From a virus (taxonomy: Duplodnaviria; Heunggongvirae; Uroviricota; Caudoviricetes): DNA of 6,807 nucleotides. A program made the position numbers and the translations under genes. Where the stretch lies: IMG/VR virus record IMGVR_UViG_2698536620_000002. One strand, 5' to 3'. The notes beneath the pieces were generated by a model, which saw nothing but the letters and a program-made list of their open reading frames with translations, ran no database searches and was not told where the DNA came from. Below, one piece after another: positions 6,793-6,807 of this stretch (the stretch's first letter is position 1; each line of letters starts with the position of its first letter).

Positions 6793-6807
6793 GTTTTGCC
6801 CTGAAAC
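6370..6807 (+). CDS. T: Tail assembly chaperone G-T fusion made by programmed -1 ribosomal frameshift; 3'-partial, the T-frame portion 6774-6807 runs off the window
   Basis: After a -1 slip on G GGA AAG (6768-6774), the -1 frame reads GTG TTC GAC GGT GAG CTG AGT TTT GCC CTG AAA = VFDGELSFALK. This matches the start of the T-specific part of lambda gpGT as I recall it, and the frame is open to the window end. Confidence 0.8.
6768..6774 (+). promoter_or_regulatory. Slippery heptamer G GGA AAG for the G to G-T -1 programmed ribosomal frameshift
   Basis: The X XXY YYZ motif has GGA and AAG in the G zero frame, lying 16 nt upstream of the G stop. This is the position and sequence of the well-studied lambda G-T frameshift site. 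Confidence 0.85.

Noticed and set aside
1-6807. Search for chi sites (GCTGGTGG), CRISPR repeats, tRNA-like structures, att or cos sites, integrase or transposase remnants
   Set aside because: None were found by eye on either strand in the readable sequence. The window is internal to the late operon, so cos (upstream of Nu1) and att (far downstream) are not expected.

Overview
The window is a contiguous, same-strand (+) block of the bacteriophage lambda-type late morphogenesis operon, covering the 3' part of the portal gene through the start of the G-T frameshift region. Gene order is B (portal, 5'-partial) - C (head protease) with nested in-frame Nu3 (scaffold) - D (decoration) - E (major capsid) - FI - FII - Z - U - V (major tail tube) - G - start of the T frame. 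Translations in the ORF track match my recollection of the lambda proteins almost residue for residue, and the visible intergenic spacings (D-E 55 nt, E-FI 41 nt) match lambda; the identification is from memory, not from a database search. Two runs of N (4480-4740 and 5406-5711) mask the FII/Z and U/V junctions, so the FII and U 3' ends and the Z and V 5' ends are inferred from homologue lengths. No tRNA, rRNA, CRISPR array, transposase or integrase is visible. I see no evidence of a novel system in the readable sequence: this is one of the best-characterised gene modules in biology, most likely lambda itself, a lambda-derived construct or a close lambdoid prophage. The points worth a second look are the masked junctions, whose lengths are not what lambda predicts, the -1 frameshift site at the end of G, and two intergenic RNA-structure elements.
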